From the IMG/VR virus record IMGVR_UViG_3300027736_000029, positions 1 to 64,000 of that record: a DNA stretch of 64,000 nucleotides. One strand, written 5' to 3'. The translations under genes were made by a program, and so were the position numbers. Below the pieces are notes generated by a model. It searched no databases. It worked only from the letters and a program-made list of their open reading frames with translations, and had not been told where the DNA came from. The stretch comes from a virus. Below are positions 28,435 through 37,543 of the stretch, in pieces. Positions within the stretch are counted from its first letter, which is position 1. Each line of letters opens with the position of its first letter.

Positions 28435-29222
28435 TGAACGATAAATTAAAAAGATTAGCCAAGAGTATATCTGAACTATTACCAGATAATCCAAAAAGTC
28501 CTCAAAATGTATTTGATTCATTTTCAAATAACGTATATGAGTCTCAAAAAGATTATTTTAATGCACTTGGTAGTGATTCAATAATTAAAATAATTTTATA
28601 CATTTACTCACTTAAAGAAACAGGTGAATTTAAAATGGGTGATAATATGATAAATAGATTATCATTTGCCTCTTTATTCTTTACCAGTGGAAATTACTCA
28701 CAAATGCCATGCGATTCTTGTAGTGGGGATGGAGTTGTGGAGTGTGATTATTGTAATCATAATGGTTTAGCGAGTTGTGAGGAATGTGGTGGTGATGGTA
28801 CCGATTCAGACGGTGAAGAGTGTGGTGATTGTGGTGGACAAGGTGAGGTATATTGTAACAATTGTGGTGGTGACGGTGGTATTACTTGTAGTTCATGTGA
28901 TGGTACAGGTGAAGTTGAATCAGATGCGGTTGAATATAACTACAGTTATATTTGTACTTGGAATAATGAAATAAAAAATCTGTGTGAATTAAATGAAGGA
29001 ACACAAGAACCAGCCATGTCCGAATATGACTTTGACCGTCTAAGTGATGACTATATTACTTTATTTTATACCGAAGAAGCCGCCGAGTTAAGAAATTTTG
29101 TCGATACAAATGTTCTTTATTGTATTTCTTATTTGGATGAACCAAAGTTAGGTTTACAATCTGATAAGCTCCTACAAATTCGTTGGGACGATTCATCAAA
29201 CTTTCAATCTTATATGTCATAA
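28434..29222 (+). CDS. DnaJ-type CxxCxGxG zinc-finger protein (no J domain)
   Basis: Six CxxCxxxG repeats. Confidence 0.8.
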   Translation: MNDKLKRLAKSISELLPDNPKSPQNVFDSFSNNVYESQKDYFNALGSDSIIKIILYIYSLKETGEFKMGDNMINRLSFASLFFTSGNYSQMPCDSCSGDGVVECDYCNHNGLASCEECGGDGTDSDGEECGDCGGQGEVYCNNCGGDGGITCSSCDGTGEVESDAVEYNYSYICTWNNEIKNLCELNEGTQEPAMSEYDFDRLSDDYITLFYTEEAAELRNFVDTNVLYCISYLDEPKLGLQSDKLLQIRWDDSSNFQSYMS

Positions 29223-29224
29223 TT

Positions 29225-29731
29225 ATGGACCTTAAACGATGCCTCAAATTACTTAATTCAATTAATTATCCAAATCAAACAGAAAACCTGTTAAGCGTTT
29301 TTAGATATATTGATTATACCCCATACCTATTTAATGAAAACTTATTAGAGAGTCTTGGTGTAATAGGTGTTACCGACTTTGTAGGAAAGACCTTCTCAAA
29401 AATGGGAGCCATGTCCAAACCTGGATTTAAAGTTGATTTAGATGATGTCGGAGAAGATGGTTCTTACATTTACCTGATTATTGATTCATATGAAATAATT
29501 CAAGATGACGAAGACGGTCACCTTCCTTTTGAAGTTTGGATAAATTATAGTTGGGGTGATAATCAACTTATTCATGATGGTACAGGACTAACTTTGGATG
29601 AAATTTATGACGAAGTTGGGTTGGGTGAACTTGGTGAATATGATGAACTTTTAGACAATATCAAGGATAATGTGGCATACAAAGTATATTCCCAAACAGG
29701 ATTCCATATACACTTTGACGGTCAAATATAA
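29225..29731 (+). CDS. hypothetical acidic protein
   Basis: ORF track; start refined. Confidence 0.7.
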   Translation: MDLKRCLKLLNSINYPNQTENLLSVFRYIDYTPYLFNENLLESLGVIGVTDFVGKTFSKMGAMSKPGFKVDLDDVGEDGSYIYLIIDSYEIIQDDEDGHLPFEVWINYSWGDNQLIHDGTGLTLDEIYDEVGLGELGEYDELLDNIKDNVAYKVYSQTGFHIHFDGQI

Positions 29732-29759
29732 AAAAAGAGAGACCGAAGCCTCTCTTTTT
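29731..29759. terminator. bidirectional terminator
   Basis: AAAAAGAGAGACCGAAGCCTCTCTTTTT. Confidence 0.75.
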
Positions 29760-29813
29760 GGGATTGACAGGATGTGTCAAACTTCCACCACCTTGTTTTT
29801 CTAAACAAGGAAA

Positions 29814-30128
29814 CTATACCTCAATACTCAGGTCTTCTCGTTTAATTATTGAGTTTACAAGTTTTTCAACATCATCTGAATTCATATAACTAAGAATGTC
29901 ATGAGTTGCGTCAGGATAAAAATATTTTGTAATGAATTCTTTTGTTTGAACATCAAAGATTGCAACCTCAAATGTGGTTTCAAAATCACCATACAATCCA
30001 ATATCTCCACCTACAATAGAAATCTCAACCTTATTGTTACCAAATCTCGTTTGTTTTCCACCTCTACCTCTTAATTTATGACTTGGATGGGGTTTAGCCC
30101 ATTTCTTTATGTCTTCAATAGTTATCAT
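29814..30128 (-). CDS. hypothetical phage protein
   Basis: SIVGG..GLYG...FEVAI. Confidence 0.7.
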   Translation of the reverse strand: MITIEDIKKWAKPHPSHKLRGRGGKQTRFGNNKVEISIVGGDIGLYGDFETTFEVAIFDVQTKEFITKYFYPDATHDILSYMNSDDVEKLVNSIIKREDLSIEV

Positions 30129-30406
30129 TTTGTCTCTAACGCTTCCATTTTAGATTTGGCAACCAAGTGCTCCGCCAATGTGTAAGCGTCCACGTTAGTC
30201 GTGATAATTGAACTCACCAAGTGTTTGTGAGGGATATGAACAAGGAAATCCACACCGTTGAAGAATGTCAAATCATTCTTTAACTCAATACAACCTTGTA
30301 CCATCTTCAAGAACAACTTGAATTGAGTATTGTTAACAAATGTCTCATTCAATAATACTCCGAAAGTCTCGTGTTGAATCTTGATGTTGTGTGATGCCAT
30401 GTTCAT
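30125..30406 (-). CDS. hypothetical protein
   Basis: ORF track; TATCTTTG upstream. Confidence 0.7.
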   Translation of the reverse strand: MNMASHNIKIQHETFGVLLNETFVNNTQFKLFLKMVQGCIELKNDLTFFNGVDFLVHIPHKHLVSSIITTNVDAYTLAEHLVAKSKMEALETK

Positions 30407-30455
30407 ATCCTTTGATTTAGATTACAAAGATAGTGTTTAATTCCGAACTAACAAA

Positions 30456-31331
30456 TCAATTATTGAATTTCTCCAAACTTTTTTCAACGGTACTTACAAA
30501 AGTATTAACCAAATCATTAACATCTTTAAATTCATTCTCTCCTCGTTTTTCAAGGTATTTTAAATTTGAATGAAGTTCATTAAGGTCGATGTTTTTCATC
30601 GCATCAATTAGAGATTCAACTTTGTTCTTCGCCCTTTTAACCGCCTCTCTATCCACGTGGTAAGCTCGAAACCTTAACATCAACTCAGCTAATTTCTCAG
30701 GTTTCCAACCTTTTTCAACTAAACGTGATTCATCGATTTCGTTATCATTTTGACTGTAGACACTAATTCCACCAGAAAGAGAATGTCCCGAATTATTATA
30801 AAAAGCAATCTTCTGAAAGTTTTTTATTTTGGATTCAGTCTTATCAATCAAATACACCAAACATCCATTCCTAATATAGTTATTGAAAGTATTAGGATTA
30901 CTTTTAGAAGCGGTGCACCATGTAGTACCAGCCCCATATCTTAAAGAACCCCTGTGAGTTTTAGGTGAAACCATAATAACTTCATTGTCCTCGTAAAGCA
31001 CATTAACATGTTCTTGTCTATCAAATGATTTTTCTTCTTTTGCAATCTCAGCAAGTTCGTTCATGTGAACTAACGATTGATAGTTAGAAAAATCACTTGA
31101 ATAAATGTCTTTGTTTGTGTGATACGCCAACAACTCATCAAATCGTTTAACCTCTTTGATTAATTGAGGTGAGGTACACATAAAATCACTATTTTTACCA
31201 CGTGATACCCAAACTTTTAACATGTACTCCAAATACTTTTTGGTTGGTGTAGTATCACTATCAACTAATTTTGTAAATGTTGACATATTTACACCTGGAA
31301 ATTTTAATCTTAGTTCATCTACTTTTGACAT
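30456..31331 (-). CDS. YGxGTxWC-domain protein (paralog 1)
   Basis: KYLEY...RYGAGTTWCTA...FNNY...G.L.Y. Confidence 0.7.
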   Translation of the reverse strand: MSKVDELRLKFPGVNMSTFTKLVDSDTTPTKKYLEYMLKVWVSRGKNSDFMCTSPQLIKEVKRFDELLAYHTNKDIYSSDFSNYQSLVHMNELAEIAKEEKSFDRQEHVNVLYEDNEVIMVSPKTHRGSLRYGAGTTWCTASKSNPNTFNNYIRNGCLVYLIDKTESKIKNFQKIAFYNNSGHSLSGGISVYSQNDNEIDESRLVEKGWKPEKLAELMLRFRAYHVDREAVKRAKNKVESLIDAMKNIDLNELHSNLKYLEKRGENEFKDVNDLVNTFVSTVEKSLEKFNN

Positions 31332-31336
31332 AATAT

Positions 31337-31762
31337 TTATTTTAGCGTTCTGTTTATTTCTTTTTGAATATCTTTTTCTTTCATGGTCTGTCTCTTGTCG
31401 TGTAGTTTTTTACCACGAGCAAGTACGATGTCAACCTTGAAGGTGTTTTTAACTTGGTAAATTTTGTATGGGATAATACTTAAACCTTTATCCAAACTCT
31501 TTTGAAGTTTAACTAACTCACGTTTTCTAAGTAGTAACTTACGGTCTCTTTTAATATTATCATTACCAATACCTGAGATGGATACGTTTTTCATGAATAA
31601 CTCTCCGTCTTGGAACATACAATAAGAATCAACAAAAGATAACTTACCATCACGAATGAATTTAACCTCAACACCAGTCAAGACCATACCCGCTTGATAC
31701 GTGTCCAAGAACTCGTATTCATGCTTTGCTCTCCTGTTTACTATGTTGAAACCCTCTTTCAT
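31337..31762 (-). CDS. smpB: SsrA-binding protein SmpB
   Basis: NRRAKHEY, AGMVLTGVEVK, RDRKLLL, GKKLHDKR. Confidence 0.93.
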   Translation of the reverse strand: MKEGFNIVNRRAKHEYEFLDTYQAGMVLTGVEVKFIRDGKLSFVDSYCMFQDGELFMKNVSISGIGNDNIKRDRKLLLRKRELVKLQKSLDKGLSIIPYKIYQVKNTFKVDIVLARGKKLHDKRQTMKEKDIQKEINRTLK

Positions 31763-31828
31763 GGGAACAAAGATAATATAAATTTTGATATAAACAAAAA
31801 TCCCCCACATTTCTGTGAGGGATTATTA

Positions 31829-32401
31829 TTACCATGTTCTACATGCCCAATATCTTGGTTTCCATCTTGGACCAGGAGTATCACAATTGTGTCTTGCCCT
31901 AAAGTTCTTTCTTCTTTCAGGATTATTCTTCTTAATCCTCATTATTTTACCTTTGGCCGATGTTCCACCAAAACCAAAGTTTACCTTAACAACCTTACCT
32001 TTGTCGTTTTTAACATATACTTTGGACTTTTTAACGTCACCTTGCATTATTTTACCCAACTGAACTTTTCTTCCCTGATATTCAGCTTCGGTTATTAAAT
32101 CGCCGATAATAAAATTGGTTTCTTCTACCGAACCATATTCATCTTCATATAAAGTTTCATTTTTGGGTGCAATACCCTTTTTCTTCATATTGATTGCAAT
32201 TGCAGCTTGTTGAGCAGGGCTTGAAGCTTCGTTTGTTTCCACATCTTCAGATTCATTCTTAACACAATTTGGATATCTTTTTCCAAACATTGTTTTCATT
32301 CCTTTTTTCTTATAACCACTCCAACATTTTTCTGTTAGTTGTTGTTTTGAATCACCCTCAATTATGATTTTTAATTGTTGTTCGGTTATTATTATTTCCA
32401 T
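31829..32401 (-). CDS. modular phage protein with IITE leader (C-terminal DUF6321-like module)
   Basis: KCWSGY..PNCVK; AEYQGRKV...NFRARHNC...YWAC..W. Confidence 0.7.
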   Translation of the reverse strand: MEIIITEQQLKIIIEGDSKQQLTEKCWSGYKKKGMKTMFGKRYPNCVKNESEDVETNEASSPAQQAAIAINMKKKGIAPKNETLYEDEYGSVEETNFIIGDLITEAEYQGRKVQLGKIMQGDVKKSKVYVKNDKGKVVKVNFGFGGTSAKGKIMRIKKNNPERRKNFRARHNCDTPGPRWKPRYWACRTW

Positions 32402-32423
32402 AATAATAAATATCCTGTAAAAC

Positions 32424-32456
32424 AAAAAACCCCGAACAATTTCTTGTCGGGGTTCT
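32424..32456 (-). terminator. intrinsic terminator of the large ncRNA
   Basis: GAACCCCGACAA...TTGTTCGGGGTTTTTT on minus strand. Confidence 0.75.
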
Positions 32457-33290
32457 TGGCTTCAGGTTGAGAATACACCTTCTTACGAGAGACTTTACAG
32501 GAGATTATTGTTTACTCCGATTTCCACTTCCTTTTGAGAAGTACCTCTCAGTCACGGTCAATTAGATTAACCAATCCTTAAGTCGTAATCTACTCTGTTT
32601 TTACTCGTTGCTCTTCAAGGTTGCCACCCTGATTATGTCTTGCGGACTTAGAGAACTTTCACAACAATCGTATTGGGCTTGGGACCCTTTACGGCCATGA
32701 ACATCTCATGACTATGTAGTGACCTGTCAATCACGACTGGCGAACGCTTTTCCTTGTATCTTTTAGTTGTTAAACATCAATTAACAAAGTTTGCGGTTGT
32801 GGATGATGAAAGTAGCGGTTCGCCGACCAAGCCATGTCATCTTTTGAACGACACGATACTTAACTACTCCCTAAGATATCCCTATCTTCATACTTCAAGT
32901 TTGTTTCATCTTAAATCCCTTGGTAGAGACTTTAAGAAGGAATCACCAGCACCACCTGTACGACCTCTTACCTTTCGGTTTTAAACCCACTTTAATATTG
33001 AATCACGCAATAGTATGGTCGGATAACCATGTGTCTTACAATAATTCTACGAGTTATTCTTATTGGTGTTCCCACCTCAACCAAACGACCCACATCGCTT
33101 GGTCATTAAACCAGTTTCCCTACAGTGTCACCCTCGGTACTCAAGGTCTAACGATATCTCGCTTGTCTACTCGAGCTCCCTTTCGGAAGCCGCAAACCAC
33201 TTAACCAAATGATTCACTTTATACCACTTTCATGGTTTATTTTATGGACTATAGACCGCCCAATATCTTTAATTCAAAGAACGTTTTCTT
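32457..33290 (-). ncRNA. large (~830 nt) structured ncRNA, GOLLD-like
   Basis: No credible ORF, higher GC, several GNRA-capped hairpins on minus strand, own TACCTTTG promoter (~33301-33308) and terminator, tRNA directly upstream. Confidence 0.65.
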
Positions 33291-33355
33291 AATTGTTTCA
33301 CAAAGGTAAGATAAAGTTTTCAATTTACCAAACTTTTTGTGAAGTTTTTTTTTTG

Positions 33356-33428
33356 TTGCGAGAGAGGGAATCGAACCCCCGACCTCAAGGTTATGAGCCT
33401 TGCGAGCTACCGCTGCTACCATCTCGCG
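33356..33428 (-). tRNA. tRNA-Met (CAT), initiator-like, CCA not encoded
   Basis: Cloverleaf; CTCATAA loop; GGTTCGATTC T-arm; C1:A72 mismatch. Confidence 0.93.
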
Positions 33429-33459
33429 ATATATCTTAAGTAAAAGAACTTTCAAAGTA

Positions 33460-33555
33460 ATGTCCCACAAAGATAAAACTATTTTTTGAAATAATCAAAT
33501 GTCTGTGGGACATTTTTTTTGAGACTCTCATCTCAATTGTTTCACAAAGTTAAAA
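33460..33555 (-). promoter_or_regulatory. tandem Bacteroidota-type promoters upstream of the tRNA
   Basis: TATCTTTG (~33468-33475) and TAACTTTG (~33545-33552) on minus strand. Confidence 0.55.
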
Positions 33556-33738
33556 CAAAATTCTCATTTTGTCAAATATATATTATGAAACTTTTTTTGG
33601 GGATGTCCGTCATTTCTGACTGAAACAATAAATATACCCAACAATTTCAAAAGTACTATATTTTTATGGATAAGTCAAATTTTTTCTATAAAAAAGTTTA
33701 AATTGACATATCTTCCACTATTATTTGTATTTATATGT

Positions 33739-34086
33739 ATGAAAGTTAGAATCAACGACAATATTTTTAATGTAAAAACTTTAATAGATAAGAAATCTCA
33801 ATCTATTGGGATGATGGGTAAAACATTTGGAGCTACGTTCGAAGGTCTATTATTTTTAATGGGTGGAGACAAACAATCTTTTTGGATGAAGAATTGTATT
33901 ATACCATTAGATATTCTCATCATTAGAAATAATGTCATTGTAAACATACATTATAATTGTCCTCCTTGTAACGGTAATGAATGTCCAAGTTATGGTGGAA
34001 ATGGAAATATTGTATTGGAAGTTGAAGGTGGAAGTTGTGAATACTTGGAGATTGAACCAGGTGATACAGTTGAATACTTACTTTGA
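33739..34086 (+). CDS. DUF192 family protein
   Basis: GMM, GLLF, FWMKNCIIPLDI, VLEV.GG. Confidence 0.88.
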   Translation: MKVRINDNIFNVKTLIDKKSQSIGMMGKTFGATFEGLLFLMGGDKQSFWMKNCIIPLDILIIRNNVIVNIHYNCPPCNGNECPSYGGNGNIVLEVEGGSCEYLEIEPGDTVEYLL

Positions 34087-35475
34087 TTCTGCGATTTTTT
34101 CTTTAAGTTTTCTTTCAAACTCATTTGCAATCATCTTTGTAAACTTAACTGAAGGTGAATCATCACTTTCAGAGTCATATCTATTTTGAGATTGAGGTGG
34201 TCTTTTACTTCTACCCAAATAATTTAAACCAGAAATGTTTGTAATACATTTGTGTCCACCTGAATTTGATTGAATTAAATCCCATGCATTGATTCCAATT
34301 TTATCTAACATATTTCTATGTTCTTCAGTTAAATCTTTGAATGGTGTTTCCATCATATCTTGAATATGGTCCAAAACTTTTTCACCACCTTCTATAGTGG
34401 TAAACTTATCACCATATAATGCTTCAAAGTCTTTAAATGTGAATCCAATACTTTCAGGACCCACAGAAGTTTCACTAACCCACTTAATAGTTGATAGAGG
34501 AATTGTTCTTTGTTTTAGTTGGTCTTCCCATTTACTTATAACTTCTTGAGCGATTTCACCTAAGTTAACACCTTTTAATTCTCTTTCTTTTTTGAATGGA
34601 TTACAAGATGCTTGAACCAATCCCATTGGCCATGCCATAATTAAAAAGTCCGCTTCAGGATTGTTTCTAAATGGTGTGTATCTATCATAAGAACCAGGTT
34701 TAAACATATTACCACCACCATATTGAAAAATGATACTATCACTAACTCTTGGATAGTTCTTCATATTTTGTTTATAATCTTCAGCGTTTTTCTGTAGTTC
34801 TTCAGGTTTAGCTGCGTTTGTTTTTTTCATCCAATCTTTAATACTATTTAAAATAGACATTAAAGATGGTTCTGAATCCATAACTAACGATTCTAAAAAC
34901 CCTGGTTTATTTTTAAACGCCAACAATAACTTATTAATAACCAAACCTAACAACATTTTATTCTTTTGAAGTGGTTTGTCTTTATCTAATCGATAAATGT
35001 AATTAACCACCTCATCAGGTGTAATGTCATATTTAGCATAATCTGCAGAATCAACAGTATTGATTAATAAGATGTCTGATGATGGAAACAAATCTCTTGG
35101 TGATACTACTTGTGATATTGTTTCTACGTTTGAACGAGCACCTCTGAATTGTTTTGAAGTACCTTTTTCAACTCCCACTTGTTTGTCGTGGTGGTCCGTA
35201 TGAATTACGAACATTGGCTTACCGTGAGCAAAATCTACAAGAACTGGCATCACATCTCCCTGTGCGTCGTTCTTTTTAACTGAGAATTCTTTGTCACCGT
35301 ATTGGATTATGTGAGTACCTACAACTTCAATACCATTATTTTCAAGGTATCTTTTCATTGCAATTGCAGTTGTTACTCCATCCAAATCTTGGTGAAAGTA
35401 TATTTCAGCTTTAGGATATCTTTTTCTTAAAGCTGAAATATCTCTTATTCCAGTTTCTTTAATTAACATTTTCAT
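34078..35475 (-). CDS. DHH-family phosphoesterase-like protein
   Basis: HQDLDG, VDF, TDHH and GGH motifs. Confidence 0.75.
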   Translation of the reverse strand: MKMLIKETGIRDISALRKRYPKAEIYFHQDLDGVTTAIAMKRYLENNGIEVVGTHIIQYGDKEFSVKKNDAQGDVMPVLVDFAHGKPMFVIHTDHHDKQVGVEKGTSKQFRGARSNVETISQVVSPRDLFPSSDILLINTVDSADYAKYDITPDEVVNYIYRLDKDKPLQKNKMLLGLVINKLLLAFKNKPGFLESLVMDSEPSLMSILNSIKDWMKKTNAAKPEELQKNAEDYKQNMKNYPRVSDSIIFQYGGGNMFKPGSYDRYTPFRNNPEADFLIMAWPMGLVQASCNPFKKERELKGVNLGEIAQEVISKWEDQLKQRTIPLSTIKWVSETSVGPESIGFTFKDFEALYGDKFTTIEGGEKVLDHIQDMMETPFKDLTEEHRNMLDKIGINAWDLIQSNSGGHKCITNISGLNYLGRSKRPPQSQNRYDSESDDSPSVKFTKMIANEFERKLKEKIAESK

Positions 35476-35843
35476 TAATCTAATCCAAAGAAGTGAGCGC
35501 CTTTATCAAGGATATCACCATAATCGGAAACACATTGCTTGAACATCTCTTTATCTTTATTTAACATCTTACTCATAGTATCAGGACCCCAAACTCCGTC
35601 AGCAGGATATACTCCAATTTTAGCCTGATAATTACTTATCGCTTGCGCTGATTTAGATTTTGGATAATTACCAATACTTCCGTCAATTACCAATGCCTTT
35701 CCTTCATCATCTTTGATACCTTTTTTATTTAAAAAACATTGGATTGCTCTATTGTAATTATATCCCTCTGTTTGTTCTTTAATAACACGTTTAACTATTC
35801 TTGTTAAATCCGATTCTGTTAATTTTATAATTTTTTGTCCCAT
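35475..35843 (-). CDS. peptidoglycan-binding-domain protein with LTESDL leader
   Basis: IDGSIG and ADGVWGPDT; leader KIIKLTESDLTRIVKRVIKEQ. Confidence 0.7.
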   Translation of the reverse strand: MGQKIIKLTESDLTRIVKRVIKEQTEGYNYNRAIQCFLNKKGIKDDEGKALVIDGSIGNYPKSKSAQAISNYQAKIGVYPADGVWGPDTMSKMLNKDKEMFKQCVSDYGDILDKGAHFFGLD

Positions 35844-35897
35844 ATTAGTTTTTTAAATAAATATCCATAAAACAAAAAAAAGGGTTGTTAAACCCTT

Positions 35898-36749
35898 TTA
35901 TTTAAATTCCATTTCCATTTGTTTATTTCGGTCAATAAAGTGTTGAACTCTATCTTGAGCAACTTTACTGTAGTTTTCACTCAATTCTATTCCAATCCAT
36001 CGTCTTCCACTAATCTCAGCGGCACATAAACTAGTCCCACTACCAGCAAAAGGGTCAAGAATTACATCGTTCTTATAAGTTAGAATCTTAATCGCTTTCA
36101 TTGGAATATCCATTGAGAAGGTCGCCTTAGTTTGTTGTCTTGTATCCGCAAAGTATTCCCACTGACCATAAACCAAAGACATAAATTCTTTCTTATCATT
36201 ATCCTGATATATCGCTTTGGTTTTTACGGTACCATCTTCCTGTTCCATGTCAACCATGTCAGCTTTCCATTGTGGTTCACCTTTAATTTTTTTAATCCTG
36301 TCTTTCTTATAAGCCAAGATAACACACTCCTTTGGATTGTAGATGTAAGGACTTGAAGGACTCATCCATGAACCCCAAGCTGTGGTCTTACTTCTGTGTG
36401 GTGAATTCTCATCAAGGTCAACAAGACCATAAAACTTAAACCCAACCTGTTTCATGATAGCCCAAAACTCTGACATAAACAATACTCGTCCACCTCTATC
36501 CTGTACGTTCACTTCGTATGGGATGTTTACAGCAATTCTACCATCATCTTTCAATGTGTTGTAGGCTTCGGTCAACCATTTTCGTGAAAACTCCCAGTAA
36601 TCCTCCATACTCATTCTGTCGTCATGACTATCGTATTCGATTCCAACATTGTATGGTGGTGATGTCACAACTAAATCAACAGATTCTAACGGTAATGTTT
36701 TCATTACCTCGATACAATCACCTTGTAATATTTTTCCTGTTTCTATCAT
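35898..36749 (-). CDS. DNA N4/N6-methyltransferase (beta class)
   Basis: TSPPYN precedes DPFAGSGT. Confidence 0.92.
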   Translation of the reverse strand: MIETGKILQGDCIEVMKTLPLESVDLVVTSPPYNVGIEYDSHDDRMSMEDYWEFSRKWLTEAYNTLKDDGRIAVNIPYEVNVQDRGGRVLFMSEFWAIMKQVGFKFYGLVDLDENSPHRSKTTAWGSWMSPSSPYIYNPKECVILAYKKDRIKKIKGEPQWKADMVDMEQEDGTVKTKAIYQDNDKKEFMSLVYGQWEYFADTRQQTKATFSMDIPMKAIKILTYKNDVILDPFAGSGTSLCAAEISGRRWIGIELSENYSKVAQDRVQHFIDRNKQMEMEFK

Positions 36750-36970
36750 ATCTTACTATTCTTTAAATTATCTATTCGTCTTTGTAGATACCATAGAGCC
36801 TTATTCAGGTCTTGTAATTCTTTATCTTTTTCTTTTTTTCCCGCCCTTGAAATATATTTAACAGTATTTCCAAGATGGAAATCTAATTCCCACGCCTCGA
36901 TAACTTTGATTGCTTCGTATGGATTGTCTTCCCCTCCGTAATGTTGGGGGTGATTTACTTGTTCACTCAT
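36746..36970 (-). CDS. DUF3310 (SaV-like) protein
   Basis: VNHPQHY...GNTVKYISRAGKK...DL.KA.WY. Confidence 0.88.
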   Translation of the reverse strand: MSEQVNHPQHYGGEDNPYEAIKVIEAWELDFHLGNTVKYISRAGKKEKDKELQDLNKALWYLQRRIDNLKNSKI

Positions 36971-37124
36971 CTTCTTTTTCTTTATAGAAACCAATTTTAA
37001 TTTGTTGATGCATTTCTTCTTTTAATGCCTTGTTTTCTCTTTGAAGAGGTCTTACCATCATAAAATACATTATGATTAAATTTACAACTACTGTAATCGC
37101 TAAAATAAAATACATCCAAAACAT
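36963..37124 (-). CDS. small single-TM protein, 53 aa
   Basis: Manual translation MFWMYFILAITVVVNLII... Confidence 0.55.
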   Translation of the reverse strand: MFWMYFILAITVVVNLIIMYFMMVRPLQRENKALKEEMHQQIKIGFYKEKEDE

Positions 37125-37150
37125 ATTATTTTTTTTTATTATTTGTTTAT

Positions 37151-37525
37151 TTACAAGGGTTTAATCACATAATAATCTTTTGCATAGGTAGATTCTTCGA
37201 TTAAATTTTCTTCAATAAGTTTGTTTAGTTCAACTCTTGCCTCATCCTCAGGAATTCTTAGGATATACTTTGCAATATAATCGATGTGAATGGGTTGTCT
37301 TAATTTAGACAATAATTTTTTAGTTGATTCAGTATCCATCTGTTTAGTTATTATTTTTAAAATTTCTTCATCTGTATTACCTTCATTGTGTAAGTCATAA
37401 ACCTTAAGACTTTCTTTATCTTCAAAAAAAAGAGCATCACTCTTACCGTAATACTCTTTCAATTTATTTTCATGAAGTAACTTTAAACTTCTTTCAATAT
37501 TGATATGTCGTTTATTGAATCCCAC
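37151..37525 (-). CDS. hypothetical protein (possible C-terminal winged helix)
   Basis: GTG start 4 nt after TATATTTG. Confidence 0.65.
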   Translation of the reverse strand: MGFNKRHINIERSLKLLHENKLKEYYGKSDALFFEDKESLKVYDLHNEGNTDEEILKIITKQMDTESTKKLLSKLRQPIHIDYIAKYILRIPEDEARVELNKLIEENLIEESTYAKDYYVIKPL

Positions 37526-37543
37526 GACACAAATATAAGTATA

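Noticed and set aside
32457-33290. tmRNA, suggested by the nearby smpB
   Set aside because: No GGGG 5' end or T-arm/CCA 3' end seen, and it is over twice the usual tmRNA length; a permuted form is not fully excluded without a covariance search
32754-33470. ORFs 32754-32984, 32920-33204 and 33249-33470
   Set aside because: Atypical composition, no promoter/start context, and they overlap the structured RNA or the tRNA
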